NCBI GenBank assembly: GCA_030390025.1
Contig: CM059431.1
Coordinates: 103,852,001-103,916,000 of the forward strand
Direction: 5' to 3'
DNA: 64,000 nt
From: Squalus acanthias
Lineage: Eukaryota
A program made the translations under genes and the position numbers. Shown piece by piece: positions 11,402 to 24,270 of this stretch. The notes beneath the pieces were generated by a model that did not search any database, was not told the DNA's origin, and saw only the letters and a list, made by a program, of their open reading frames with translations. Numbering within the stretch: position 1 is the stretch's first letter; each line of letters starts with the position of its first letter.

Positions 11402-12731
11402 AATTTTTAAAATTAGTTTATAGGATGTGGGCATCGCGGGCAAGGAATTTATTGCCCATCCCTAATTGTCCTTGGGAAGTTGGTGGTGAGCCGCCTTCTT
11501 GAACCGCTGCAGTCCGTGTGGTGAAGGTGCTCCCCCAGTGCTGTTAGGGAGGGAATTCCAGGATTTTGATCCAACGACGATGAAGGAACGGCGATATACT
11601 TCCAAGTCAGGATGGTGTGTGACTTGGAGGGGAACTTGGAGGTGGTGGTGTTCCCATGCGTCTGCTGCCCTTGTCCTTCTAGGTGGAAGAGGTCGCTGGT
11701 TTGGGAGGTGCTGCCAAAGAAGCCTTGGCGAGTTGCTGCAGTGCATCTTGTAGATGGTAGACACTGCAGCCACAGTCTCTCTTCTTCTCTTCTTCTTAAG
11801 CAGTCCTTCGAACCGAGGATGACTTGCATTCACACTAAAAATGAGTTCTCAGGTGACTGATGAGTCCAATGCGGGACCTACAGTCTCTGTCACAGGTGGG
11901 GCAGACGGTGGTTGAAGGGGCGGGTGGGTGGGGTGCTTGGGTTGACGTGCGCTCCTTCCGCTGTTTGCGCTCGGCTTCCGCTTGCTCCCGGCGAAGAGAC
12001 TCGAGGTGTTCGGCGCCTCCCCGGATGCTTCTCCTCCACTTTGTGCGGCCTTGGGCCAGGGATTCCCAGGTGTCGGTGGGGATGTTGCACTTTTTCAAGG
12101 AGGCTTTGAGGGTGTCCTTGAAGCGCTTCCTCTGCCCACCTGGGGTTCTCTTGCCGTGTCGGAGCTCTGAGTAGAGCGCTTGTTTTGGGAGTCTCGTATC
12201 GGGCATGCGGACGATGTGGCCTGTCCATCAGAGCTAATAGAGCGTGGTCAAGCTTCGATGCTGGGGATGTTGGCCTGAGCGAGAACACTGACGTTGGTGC
12301 GCCTATCTTGCCAATAGATTTGCAGGATCTTGCGGAGGCAGCGTTGGTGGTACCTCTCTAGTACTTTGAGGTGCCTGCTGTACATGGTCCATGTCTCTGA
12401 AGCATACAGGAGGGCGGGTATCACTACTGCTCTGTAGACCATGAACTTGGTGCCGGGTTTGAGGTCCTGGTCTGCAAACACTCTCTTCCTCAGGCGACCG
12501 AAGGCTGCACTGGCACACTGTAGGCAGTGTTGGACTTCGTCATCGACGTCTGCTCTTGTTGACAGTAGGCTCCCGAGGTATGGAAAGTGATCCGCATTGT
12601 CCAAGGCCTCGTGGTGGAGGGAGTGAATGTTTAAGGTGGTGGATGGGGTGCCAATCAAGCGGGCTGCTTTGTCCTGGATGGTGTCGATCTACTTGAGTGT
12701 TGTTGGAGCTGCACTCACCCAGGCAAGTGGC
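11402..12731 (-). mobile_element. LINE-B split by RTE (11402-11775 and 12611-12731)
   Basis: The two parts join at ...CTGCAGCCAC / GTGGTGGAGGGAG. Confidence 0.85.
11776..12610 (-). mobile_element. RTE-clade LINE 3' part
   Basis: DHFPYLGS...AFGRLRKRVF...RMPDTRLPKQALYSEL...GGQRKRFKDTLK...CPTCDRDCRSRIGLISHLRTH; AAG-type microsatellite tail. Confidence 0.9.
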
Positions 12732-13030
12732 GAGTTAATCACCATGGCGAGTTTCCGCTACTTGCGCCCATCCAGGAGGCTCTTCCCATTGAGCTTTACT
12801 TTTAGGTGCGCAGACACTAGTTGCACATTTTAAAAGCTTTTACAGATTAAAATAGATTTGATTTACTAAGAAACTGACGAATGTACACCAAGGAAACTAA
12901 TAAATGTATTGTTTTTTCAAGTTATTTTTAGTGATATTAAATCGGGTTACTCACAGGTGGAGGACTGGGCACTCTGATTAAAAAAGCTTATTTTTTGAGA
13001 TGAACCCATTTTCAGCTGTATTGATAAAAC

Positions 13031-13250
13031 GGCAGCAGCTCGCCACATCAGCAGAAAAATTGCATAAGAACACAATCCGTAACCTTGAGACCCGGCACAT
13101 CGCTCTCTCATTCATCACAATCAACTTGGAAGACCAATCCTGGTTGAATGTAGAGTGTGGAAGGACGTGCCAGAAGCAGCAGCCGGCGTCCCTTAGAATA
13201 AGGTGCCAATCTAGTGAAGCTGCTACGCCAGATATTTGCTTTACAAACAC
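13031..13250 (+). mobile_element. Diverged LINE ORF2 internal fragment (EN-RT linker)
   Basis: RHIALSFITINLEDQSWLNVEC resembles the conserved 'PWFN.EC' linker of CR1/Jockey-group ORF2. Confidence 0.5.
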
Positions 13251-13301
13251 CAAAGGCAGCACCTTAAACCGCTAGCACTAAGATAGAGCTAAGTGCTCCC
13301 A

Positions 13302-13735
13302 CAACTATGGAGAAGCTGGGGTTGTTCTTCTCAGAGCAGAGAAGGTTAAGAGGAGATTTGATAGAGGTGTTCAAAATCAAGAACGGCTTTGATAGAGTGG
13401 ATAAGGAGAAACTCTTTCCAGCGGCAGAAGGGTCGGTAACCAGAGGACATGGATTTAAAGTGATTGGCAAAAGAACCAAAGGCGACATGCAGAAACATGT
13501 TCTTACGCAGCGAATTGTTGTGATCTGGAACGCGCTGCCTGAAAGGGCGGTGGAAACAGATTCAATAGTAACTTTCAAAAGGAAATTGGATAAACCCTCG
13601 CAGGGAATCAATTTACAGGGCTACGGGGAAAGGGCAGGGAGTTGAAACTAATTGGATAGTTCTACCAAAGAGCCGGCACAGGCACGATGGGCTGAATGGC
13701 CTCCTTCTGTGCTGTATCATTGTATGATACTATGA
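13302..13735 (+). mobile_element. CR1 3' end
   Basis: LEQRRLRGDLIEVFK...TRGH...WNALP. Confidence 0.9.
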
Positions 13736-13991
13736 ACTAAAGGGTCAGAGCAAAGCTCTGTCACCCTATCATATCCAAATGGGAATGGTGGTGGACAACC
13801 AGGCAACTAACAGGACATGAAAACTAAGCACAGTTCTGGTCTCCATATTACCAAAAGGAGATAGAAGCATTTGAGAAAGTGCAAAAAAGATTTACAAGGA
13901 TGATACCAGAACTGAGAGGATACAACTATCAGGAAAGACTGAACAGGCTGGGGCTCTTTTCTCTCGAAAGGAGATAAGGAAAACGTGACCA

Positions 13992-14300
13992 GGCAACACG
14001 GTGGCATAGTGGTTAGCACTGTTGCCTCACAGCGCCAGGGACCTGGGTTCGAATCTGACCTCGGGTGACTGTCTGTGTGGAGTTTGCACATTCTCCCCGT
14101 GTCTGCGTGGGTTTCCTTCGGGTGCTCCGGTTTCCTCCCACAGTCCAAAGATGTGCGGGTTAGGTTGATTTGGCTATGATAAAATTGACCCTTAGTGTTA
14201 GGGGGGGATTAAATACGTGGGGTTACGGGGATAGGGTGGGATATGTGTCGGTGCAGGCTCGATGGGCCGAAATGGCCTCTATCTGCACTGTGGGGATTCT
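13992..14300 (+). mobile_element. HE1-type V-SINE inserted in a CR1 (13825-14680)
   Basis: tRNA head; V-domain GGAGTTTGCACATTCTCCCCGTGTCTGCGTGGGTTTCC; CR1-like tail; GTGACC repeated at 13985 and 14301. Confidence 0.9.
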
Positions 14301-14726
14301 GTGACCTGATGGAGGTTTTTTAAATTATGAAGGGGTTTGATAGGGTAGACGTAGAGAAGATGTTTACACTTGTCGGGGGAGTCCAAAACTAGGGGCCATA
14401 AATATAAGATAGTCACTGATAAATCCAATAGGGAATTCAGGCGATACATCTTTACCCAGAGAGTGGTGGGAATGTGGAACTCGCTGCCACAGGGAGTGGT
14501 TGAGGCGCATTTAAGGGGAAGCTGGATAAACACGCGAGGGGGAAAGTAAGAGAAGGTTATGCTGATAGGGTGATAGAGGGTAGAGTGGGAGGAGGCTCGT
14601 GTGGAGCATAATCATCAGCATCGACTTGTTGGGCCGAATGGCCTGTTACTGTGCTGCCGAATTCGATGTACTTCGATGTAATATGGACGATTGTCCGTGA
14701 ATGTCCTTTTCATAAAACAACAGTGT

Positions 14727-15480
14727 GGGGCAGAGTTTTCCCTTTGGGCGGAATCGTCAATTCTGGCGCAAATTACGCTCAAAATTGCGTCCGTTTTGAA
14801 AAGTGTTTCCCCCATCCCCCGAGTTTCTGCTCAAACTCATTTGCATATCTCAAACCCAAATTCTGCCGTGAACCAGCGCGATCGGACAGCGTTTTTAAAA
14901 CGTAAGCTTTTTTAAAAAGAAAATTTTATTAAAAAATATTCCTTGATATATTTAAGAGTGGTAGCTTGGTAAAGTTTGATCAATACAGCTGAAAAATGGG
15001 TTTATCACAAAAAAAATAAGCATTTTAAATCACAGTGTCAATCCGTCACCCGTGAGTAACCCGCTTTTAAATTACTGAAACTGACTTATAAAAAATATAC
15101 AAAACTATTTTCTAGTTAAATTAGGATACAGTCGTCAATTCCTTAGTAAATTTTTAAATGTACATTCAGAACCTTTTAAACCGTACCTATTAGTGTCCTT
15201 GCGCCCCCAAAAAAGCTTAATTATTAGAGCCTCCTCGAAGGCATACGTACGAGCGCAATTAGCGGAAACTCCCAATGGTGATTAATTTACCCTTGGGGGG
15301 GTTGGCCAGTTTTGTGGGCGGGGCCAGCTTCTACGCGATGTTTTTAAAACCGGTGCAAAAGATCGCGGGAACTCGAGTTGCGCTGGACGCAATTTGCGCT
15401 TAAAATTCCGCGATCTTTTGCAGAGGTTACGCGAATTGCGCCGAAGAAACCCAGCGCGACCGAGCAGAAACCCCAGGCCC
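14727..15480 (+). mobile_element. MITE family C, complete
   Basis: Ends GGGGCAGAGTTTTC / GAAACCCCAGGCCC; GC-rich arms with AT core; second copy at 11076-13030. Confidence 0.75.
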
Positions 15481-16559
15481 ACGTGCGCGAATGTCCTCAG
15501 CGGCCATCCCACTCATTAGCCGCTCACTGACGGATCCACTGACGTTTTTCCGCCCTGTCGTAAGCTCATGGAGTGTCACACTCTGAAGGGCGGATATGCA
15601 AAAATCAAATCCTAGATTGCAGGAAAGCTTTCATTATGCATTCGTCGAAATTTCAGTCATCCATATGTTGATCATTTAATTGAATAATGTTGGTACCGGT
15701 GTGCGCGACCTTATTAAAACAGGCCATGTGGCAGTGAAATCAATAAACAGTGTTGGTGTTCCAACCCTGCATTTAGTTAATTACCGCTTGTAACTCGGTG
15801 CCGCTCACATCACTGCTTCCTCATTGCTTTTATCGAAGGAAACCAGACCAGACGTTCTTGTCCCTTCGTTATCTTCCTCCTGTAAAAATAACTTTGCTGA
15901 ACAGATTATATCCAGTGATTGAAATGTGGCATCTGTTCTAAGTTTCGCCTTGTAGCAGAATTAGCTGATGGTATCCAGCCCGAGCGTTCTGCACAGCATC
16001 AGATAACGAGCAATTCCCTGTTAATAAATTGGCACAGCTGGGCCTGATACAAAGCCTGAAACTAATATAAAAATCCTCCTTCACTGTGTGACAAAGAATT
16101 AATACCTTAGGTAAAACCTGAGATCTATCCCATACTTTTATAGCCAATTAATTCACCATCCTAAGACTTTGGTAATAAAGCCTGCTAATAAATCTATTTA
16201 TTTAATTTATATCCTGTGTCTGTAATTATGTTCTGGAATGGATTTCAAGGGCATGAGGTGCCAAGGCAAAAGCTACTCTAACCTTGTATGGATCAGTGGT
16301 GATGGGCCTTTTAAAATACTTCTGAGGTCCCAGATACAATTTCTGGTCTGTACTGAGTTACCGAATCTTTGCTTGGGCAATGGGAACGGGATGGGAGGGC
16401 GGGGGGGGTGGGGAACGGGGGGATGCGGTTACAATTAGCCTCAGCGTTCCTGACAGGAAAAAGCAGGCAGCGTTCCCGTTCCTGATTGCTATGCCCTGAC
16501 CTTTGGTGGAAGGTCACATGCGCGGATTTTGGGAGAGGACAGGATCAGGTTGAGCTATT

Positions 16560-17015
16560 GAAAGAAAGAAAGACTTGCATTTATATTGCGGCTTTCACGA
16601 CCACCGAATGTCCCAAAGCGTTTTACAGCCAATGAAGTACATTTTTTTTTGAAGTGTAGTCGCTGTTGTAATGTAGTAAACGTGGCAGCCAATCTGCGCA
16701 CAGCAAGCTCCCACAAACAGCAATGTAATAATCTGTTTTTAGTGATGTTGATTGAGGGATAAATATTGGCCCAGGACACCGGGGATAACGCCTCTGCTCT
16801 TCTTCAAAATAGTGCCATAAGATATTTTACGTCCACCTGAGAGAGAAGTTTAATGTCTCATCTGAAAGACAGCACCTCCAACAGTGCAGCACTCCCTCAG
16901 CACTGCATTGGGAGTGTCAGCCTAGATTTTTGTGCTCAAGTCTCTGGAGTGGGACTTAGAACCCACAACCTTCTGACTCAGAGGCGAGAGTGCTACCCAC
17001 TGAGCCACCGATGAC
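16560..17015 (-). mobile_element. DeuSINE
   Basis: Full head, body and tail match to the other copies. Confidence 0.9.
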
Positions 17016-17274
17016 ACACAGGCAAATAATTGCCGATGTTCACTGTCAAGTTTTGTACGAGAGGAACGTCCACGTGGCTGAGATACCGCAGAGCTTCTCC
17101 CGCTCCCTCACCGTGACTTCGCGGGGAAACCCCGCTTACCTGCGTAAAATGGGGTTTCTGAAGTAGGGTTTCTGCCACACTCCTGGCCAAGTTATGGCAA
17201 CAGAGCGGGAGTAGCTCTGGGGTAGTTCCCAACCATGTCCTCACGACAGAAGGGAAATGGAGAAAATAGGCAGA

Positions 17275-17570
17275 GAGTCCCCAAAACTAGGGGCCTTAAA
17301 TATAAGATAATCACTAATAAATCCAATAGGGAATTCAGGAGAAACTTCTTTACCCAGAGAGTGGCGAGAATGGGGAACTCGCTACCACAGGGAGTGGTTG
17401 AGGCGAAAAGCATAGATGCATTTAAGGGGAAGCTAGATAAATACATGAGGGAAAAAGGAATAGAAGAATATGCAGATAGCATGAGATGAAGTAAGGTGGG
17501 AGGAGGCTCATGTGGAGCATAAACACAGGTTGGGCTGAAAGGCCTGTTACTGTGCTGTAAACACTGTCTA
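17275..17570 (+). mobile_element. CR1 3' end
   Basis: FRRNFFTQRVARM.NSLPQ. Confidence 0.85.
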
Positions 17571-17659
17571 ACTATGTATGTAAATATGTGAAAAAAGTAC
17601 TTCACAAAACTGCCCATATCACCTTTGCAAAGGTCATTGGCCTATTCCAGAGTGACCAG

Positions 17660-18030
17660 GAAAGAGATATAATGGCTTCAAGATTTAGGGCTGTAAGCTA
17701 CAAAGAAAGGCTCACGGAACTTAACTTGTTTTCATTAGAGAAACAGTCAAGGGGAAGCATGACCTAGGTGCTAAAAATACTGAGAGGAACTGATAATATA
17801 GATCCAAGTAAGTTATTTAACTTGGACTGTGAGCACAGAACTAGAGGACATGAGTTCAAAATTAACAAGCCTCAAGCAAGACTTCAAATTAGAAGAGATT
17901 ACCCACCCCCTACAGTGTAACGGGTATCTGGAATAGATTGTCCAGTAAGCAGTTAATTCTATGCTGCTTAACAGTTTTTAAAATATCAGAATGAATGAAT
18001 ATCTGGTTAGGAATAGAATGCAAGGTTAGA
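17660..18030 (+). mobile_element. Ancient, highly diverged CR1
   Basis: SYKERL.ELNLFSLEK and RTRGHEFKL remnants. Confidence 0.65.
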
Positions 18031-18213
18031 GAAATAAGCACAGACAGAGCTAATTAAATACCGCACGATACCTGAAGGCGCTGAATTGCTGGGACCTTGA
18101 AAATGTCACACAAAAGGAGGTTCTTGTTCAAGATAAATAGTTTCTTTTCTCAATTTATCTTTGGGGTCCAGTGAGAAGCTTTGTAAGATTTTTTATAGAA
18201 TGATAGAAACGTA

Positions 18214-18995
18214 CATAAGAATATAAGAAATGGGAGCGGGCGTGGGCCATTCGGCCCTTCGAGCCCGAACAAGATCATGGCTGCTCCTAGTTTCTATGTT
18301 TCTATGTTTCTATGTTACCTCAAATCCACCTTCCCGCCTTATCCCCATATCCCTTGATTTCCCTTAATATCTAAAAAATCTATCAACCTGTGTCTTGAAT
18401 ATACTCAACAATTGAGCATCCACAGCCCTCTGGGGTGGAGAATTCCAAAGATTCACAACCCTATGTTCTTATGTTCATAGAACCGTAGAAACTTACAGCA
18501 CAGAAGGAGGCCATTCGGCTGGTCGTGCCTGTGCTGGCTCATTGAAAGAGCCGTCGTGCTTAGTCCCACATCCCCCGCTTTTTGTCCGTAACCCTGTGAG
18601 CTCCTCGTCCTCCAGAACCCGTCCAACTCCCTTTTAAAATTATTGATGGAATCAGCTTCCACCAATTTTTCAGGTCGAGCGTTCCAGAATATCACAACTC
18701 TCTGACTGAAAAAAAATTCTCCTCATCTCCCCTCTAGTCCTTTTGCCAATGATTTTGAATCCATGACCTCTGGTTATTGACCCACTCGCCAGAGGGAATA
18801 GTCTTTCTCTCTCTACTCTGTAAAAATCTCTCATCATCTTGAAAACCTCCATTAGGTCGCCTCTTAACCTTCTCTGTTCCAAGGAGAACAGTCCGAACTT
18901 TTCCAACCTCTCCTCATTACTGAAGTCCCTGATCCCTGGTCACATCCTGGTAAACCTCCTCTGTATCCTTTCTAAAGCCTTTACATCTTTCCTGA
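18214..18995 (-). mobile_element. Two adjacent CR1 3' ends (18214-18460 and 18462-18995)
   Basis: RRLRGDL/RGH/WN motifs; TTCTATGT and TTCTTATG tails. Confidence 0.85.
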
Positions 18996-19062
18996 TTTTT
19001 TCTTGCGTGTTTCTTGTGTATTTACAGACAGCACAAGGTGATGGAAGTGTCAAAAGTTATTA

Positions 19063-19828
19063 GGCCAGATCTCGCTGGAAAAATAATGTTGTGTTAACGA
19101 TGCACGCCGTTATTAATGCGTAAAATCGGACAGCAATTTCAGGGGATGAAGAGATACGCCGTGAGTTGCAAATCTCCAGAACGTGCTGGTCGATTTACGC
19201 TGCTCCAAAGTTTGCTTCGCTCAAACAGCATCTTGCCCTCAGCCTTACCGTTATAATTAAGAACTTTCTGGATTTGCACATTAATTGACCATTAAACGTG
19301 CAGCAGAAAGTTAGGGCTCATAATTAACAGTGTAAGTACGCTTTTAACGACATGATAATTGTTAATGCAATGGCAATCAATCTCTCCGGCCCAGAGAGGG
19401 GACAATTTAAACTGTGGAGTCTCAATCCTTCAGGCAGTAAATTATTGTTTGAGATATTAAAAATTTCAATTTTCAAGTTTTACACTTTTTTTCTTACTTT
19501 TCCTTTCTGTCTCTTTTTCTCTTTCTCTCTTAATCCAGTCTTTCTTTCCCTCTCTTTATTTCTCTTTCTGGACCTGATTTGACTCTAATTCACCCAATTT
19601 CCTTCTCCGTCGTTCCTCTGTTCCTTTCTCAGTCCTTAAATCTCATGGGTTAAGGAGATAGACTGTTGGTCCCGTCGTTTGCTGGATGCCCCCTTGCCCT
19701 CGCTGCGCCGTTATCAGCTCGCACTGCCAGCAAGTTACAGGGCAAAAGAATTTCGAGCTGAAGGGTGAGGGAAAAGTCTAACTAACGGGGCACGCTACGA
19801 GATGCCCCACTCCAGCAAGATCTGGGCC
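19063..19828 (+). mobile_element. MITE family A, complete
   Basis: TIRs GGCCAGATCTCGCTGGA / TCCAGCAAGATCTGGGCC; second copy at 2324-2932. Confidence 0.85.
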
Positions 19829-20457
19829 GCTACCACAACATAAAAACGACACATAAAACTACACTAAATGGAAGGCTGTATATTTAGTGATTAACTGAAA
19901 TGCTGTATACTATTTCTCTATCGGGCACATTATTTTGTCGCTCTCCAGTGACTGCTAAGGAAATGAGCTGCATGAAATGCTGTGTAATTATTTACAGTGT
20001 AAGCAAGGTGTGTCAAACGAAACCATTCTGAATATCATGATTCTATTAATGTTTTAATCAGATATTTGCATCATTGTGATGGACCGTCTTATAGTTACAA
20101 AAAAGACTATCTATTACAATCACTAAATAAGGATAACAATAACAGCTTTACATTTATATACCACCTTCGACGTAGTAAAACATCCCAAGGCGCTTCACAG
20201 AAGCGTAATCAGACAAGTATACCAGGCCATTCTTGGGTAATCCCTCTTTGAACAGGGTAAATGCAAAATTCAATGAAGGAGTAGTGAAGTCCCGCTCACT
20301 TAGACTGCAGTACTTAGCTCGCAAAGCGATCTCCTTAAAAAAAAACCTCTAAAATTAATCTTTACAGATAACACTTGGACCGTGTGATCTGCTGGACTGG
20401 TTTCCGTCGCCTGAGGTGGTAGGAGAGGAATTTTCCAGAGTATTTTTTCCTATTATT

Positions 20458-21065
20458 AAATCCTCATCCATGCCTTTGCTATCTCTAGTCCTTGACTATT
20501 CCAACGCACTCCTGGTTGGCCTCCCACGTTCTACCCTACGTAAACTTGAGGTCATCCAAAACTCGGCTGCCCGTGTCCTAACTCGCACCAAGTCCCGTTC
20601 ACCCATCTCCCCTGTACTCGCTGACCTACATTGGCTCCCGTTTAAGCAGCGCCTCGATTTCAAAATTCTCATCCTTGTTTTCAAATCCCTCCATGGCCTT
20701 GCCCCCTCCCTATCTCTGTAATCTCCTTCAGCCCCACAACCCCCCGAGATATCTGCGCTCCTCTAATTCTGCCCTCTTGCGCATCCCCGATTATAATCGC
20801 TCAACCATTGGTGGCCGTGCCTTCTGTTGCCCAGGCTCTAAGCTCTGGAATTCCCCACCTAAACCTCTTGGCCTCTCTACCTCTCTTTCCTCCTTTAAGA
20901 CGCTCCTTAAAACCTACCTCTTTGACCGAGCTTTTGGTCACCTGCCCTAATTTCTCCTTATATGGCTCGGTGTCAAGTTTTTTTGTCTTATAATACTCCT
21001 GTAAGCGTCTTGGGACGTTTTACTACGTTAAAGGCGCTATATAAATACAAGTTGTTGTTGTTATT
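20458..21065 (+). mobile_element. L2 LINE 3' 600 bp, inserted in a CR1-type 3' UTR (20370-20457 and 21066-21275)
   Basis: LDYSNALLVGLP...IQNSAARVL...LHWLP...FKIL; (TTG)n tail. Confidence 0.9.
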
Positions 21066-22157
21066 GGCCCTGGGTTTTCTCTCTGTATTTTTTTGCCTCT
21101 CCCAGGAGATTACATGGCTGCGGAGGGGTGGTTGGGTGGGGCGGGGTGGGAGGAGGGGGTGGGGGGATGGCAGGGGGTGGTGGTGAAGGAGTCAGGAAGT
21201 GTTTAGTTATGATGCTCCAGCCATCATGGAGTGGGGGGCAGGCTTGATGGACCAGCTGGTCTTTTCCTGCCCCTCAATTTGGTCCGTTTGTTTTCACTGG
21301 AAGCAGCTCCTGTGCCCAAGTTCTCTGTCAAAAGCCATAGGCTTTTATAGACGGACTTGCAATAAAAAGGAAAACCATTTACATAAATGACGCAGGGAGG
21401 GTAAACAGAAGAATCTTCACAAGAATTACTGCTGATGTGGCTATTGTTCCCATAGCATCTATAACTTTGCACAGTTTAAAATGTTTATTTGAAGCAATTG
21501 GTTCGATCAAACAATCAGCGAGGACAAGTTGCAGTGAATACAAACACACTTGACTGTTCGGAGCACAGGTTAATGGCATCTATTTGCATTCTGCAGTTTA
21601 TTATATAAGGAATAGACATGTATTGGCTGCACATTATAACCGGTTTCAGCTCGATAGCACTGTGTGTTCGACACTTCTGCTCAGGATCATGTTGGCACTG
21701 TGCTGAAAATATCCTGAATATGCAATTAGCCTTTTCAATAATTGATCAAATACACGGTTGCAAAAATAATGAATTGGGACTGTTCTATATTCCTTTAGGC
21801 AATAAACATTTCAAATGTTCTCTGTCCCACTCCCACTCTGACCTCTCCATCCACTCGGCTTCCTGCACTGTTCCAATGAAGCTCAAGGCAGGCTCGAGGA
21901 ACAGCGCCTCATCTTTTGATTTACAGCCTTCTGGCCTCAACACTAAGTTCAACAGCTTTGGATCATAACCATTGCTCCCATTTTCTCAGACAGCAGGTGC
22001 TGGTAATGGCTCTACTGTTGTCATTTACACCTCCTCTAGACCCATCTTTTGTTTCTTTACTTGTTCAATTACCATCTCCTTTTGCCTTGTACCATTATCC
22101 CTTTTACTCGTCATTTAATCACTCCTATCCTCTACCCTATCACAGACCTTCCTCTGT

Positions 22158-22918
22158 GATAGGGTGGAGAGAGACTACAGAATGCTGTGGTACAGAAGGA
22201 TCTGGGTGTCCTCGTACATCATGAAACACAAAAAGTTAGCATGCAGGTACAGCAAGTAATTAGGAAGGCAAATGGAATGTTGGCCTTTATTGCATTGGGA
22301 TACAGTATAAAAGTAGGGAAGTCTTGCTACAACTGTACAGGGCGTTGGTGAGACCACACCTGGAGTACTGCGTACAGTTTTGGTCTCCTTATTTAAGGAG
22401 GGATATACTTGCATTGGAGGCAGTTCAGAGAAGGTTCACTAGGTTGATTCCTGAGATGAAAGAGTTGTCTTATGAGGAAAGGTTGAGCAGGTTGGGCCTA
22501 TACTCATTGGAGTTTAGAAGAATGAGAGGTGATCTTATTGAAACATGAGATTCTGAGGGGGCATGACAGGGTAGATGCTGAGAGGATGTTTCCCCTCGTG
22601 GGGGAATCTAGAACTGGAGGGCATAGTTTCAGGATAAGGGGTCACCCATTTAAGAAAGAGATGAGGGGGAATTTCTTCTCTCAGAGGGTCGTGAATCTTT
22701 GGAATTCTCTACCCCAGAGAGCTGTAGAGGCTGGGTCATTGAATATATTCAAGGCGGAGATGGACAGATATTTGAGCTACAGGAGAGTCAAGGGTTATGG
22801 GGAACAGACAGGAAAGTGGAGTTGAGGCCAAGTTCAGATCACCCATGGTCTCATTGAATGGCGGAGCAGGCTCGAATGGCCGACTCCCGCTCCTAATTCT
22901 TATGTTCTTATGTTCTTA
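22158..22918 (+). mobile_element. CR1 (HER1-like) 3' part
   Basis: [19 protein letters not shown]...[10 protein letters not shown]; (TTCTTATG)n tail. Confidence 0.92.
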
Positions 22919-23160
22919 TTCTCCTCCCCTCTTTCCTTGGCTCTGTACTTGCTTATAAACTGTTACATCTCTAACTTTTTCCAGTTCTGATCAAAGGCCA
23001 ACGCCTGAAATGTTAACTCTGTTTCTCTCTCCGCAGATGAAGGAAAGACCTGTATTTATGTAGCGCCTTTCAGGACCTCAGGACGTCCCAAAGCGCTTTT
23101 GTAGGAAACACGACAGCCAATTTATGCACAGCAAGCGCCCACAAACAACAATTTGATAAT

Positions 23161-23765
23161 AAGAACATAAGAATTAGGAGCGGGAGTCAGCCATTCGGCC
23201 CCTTGAGCCTGCTCCACCATTCAATAAGATCATGGCTGATCTTCTACCACAACTGCACTTTCCTCCATTATCCCCATATCCCTTGATTCCCTTAATATCA
23301 AAAAATCTATCGATCTCTGTCTTGAATATACTCAACGACTGAGCCTCCACTGCCCTCTGGGGTAGAGAATTCCAAAGATTCACCACCTTCTGAGTGAAGA
23401 AATTTCTCCTCATCTCAGTCCTAAATGGCCGACCCCTTATTCTGAGACTGTGACCCCTGGTTCTAGACTCCCCAGCCAGGGGAAACATCCTCCCTACATC
23501 TACTCTGTCAAGCCCTGTAAGAATTTTGAATGTTTCAATGAGATCACCTCTCATTCTTCTAAACTCTAAAGAATATAGGCCTAGTCTACTCAATTTGTCC
23601 TCATAGGACAATCTCCCCATTGTTGCACTCCCTCTATGGCAAGTATATCCTTCCTTAGATAAGGAGACCAAAACTGTACACAATACTCCAGGTGTGGTCT
23701 CACCAGGGCCCTAGATAATTGCAGTAAGACGTCTTTACTCTTATACTCAAATCCTCTTGTAATAA
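23161..23765 (-). mobile_element. CR1 3' part inserted in a DeuSINE (23039-23160 and 23766-23885, minus)
   Basis: ORFs 23174-23683 and 23590-23835; the flanks join into the DeuSINE. Confidence 0.9.
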
Positions 23766-24270
23766 TGTTTTTGTGGTATTGATTGAGGGATAAATATTGG
23801 CCAGGACACAGTGCCGTGTGATCTTTTACTTCCACCTGAGAGGGCAGACGGGGCCTCGGTTTAACGTCTCATCTGAAAGACTGCCCAACCGGCTGAGTGT
23901 CTCCAGCATTCTCTGTTTTTATTTCACGCTTCAAGTATAGTGGGTTTAAAGATAAAAAAAATTAGTACCAGAGATTAACAAGGCTACAGGTTTAAGTGGC
24001 TTGTATAATTTATTGAGGAGCTGACGTGGCCCACTTGAGATAGCTTGTTTACAGTACAGAGTATCCTGTTGGATAGAATACAAACAATAATCAGAAGTTA
24101 CAGATTAGAGTTATACTGCACTGGGGGGCAAACTCAAGGTGGTGCGAGACTGTCTCCTTGAGATGCCTCACACTTCACGTGTTCTAGATAGTTTCTTGAG
24201 TTACCCTGCCACTGTTACATTGATATGCACCCAAAATTACTTTGTGATGAATTGAAAGTGGCAGTATATC

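Larger units (their letters stand above)
11076..13030 (-). mobile_element. MITE family C, split (11076-11286 and 12732-13030) by nested retroelements
   Basis: Both pieces are collinear reverse-complement matches to 14727-15480. Confidence 0.75.
21805..23925 (+). mobile_element. Degenerate PLE 3' end in three pieces (21805-22155, 22919-23037, 23886-23925)
   Basis: SHSHSDLS GIY-YIG C-terminal remnant; pseudo-LTR collinear with 48135-48640. Confidence 0.7.

Noticed and set aside
11856..11882. CTGATGAGTCC...GGAC hammerhead look-alike (also at 30252)
   Set aside because: It lacks the GAAA box and is the antisense of RTE coding sequence (RSRIGLISH).
13992..14065. tRNA genes at SINE heads (also 29930-30018 and 39336-39400)
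   Set aside because: They continue into SINE bodies and lack a complete cloverleaf.
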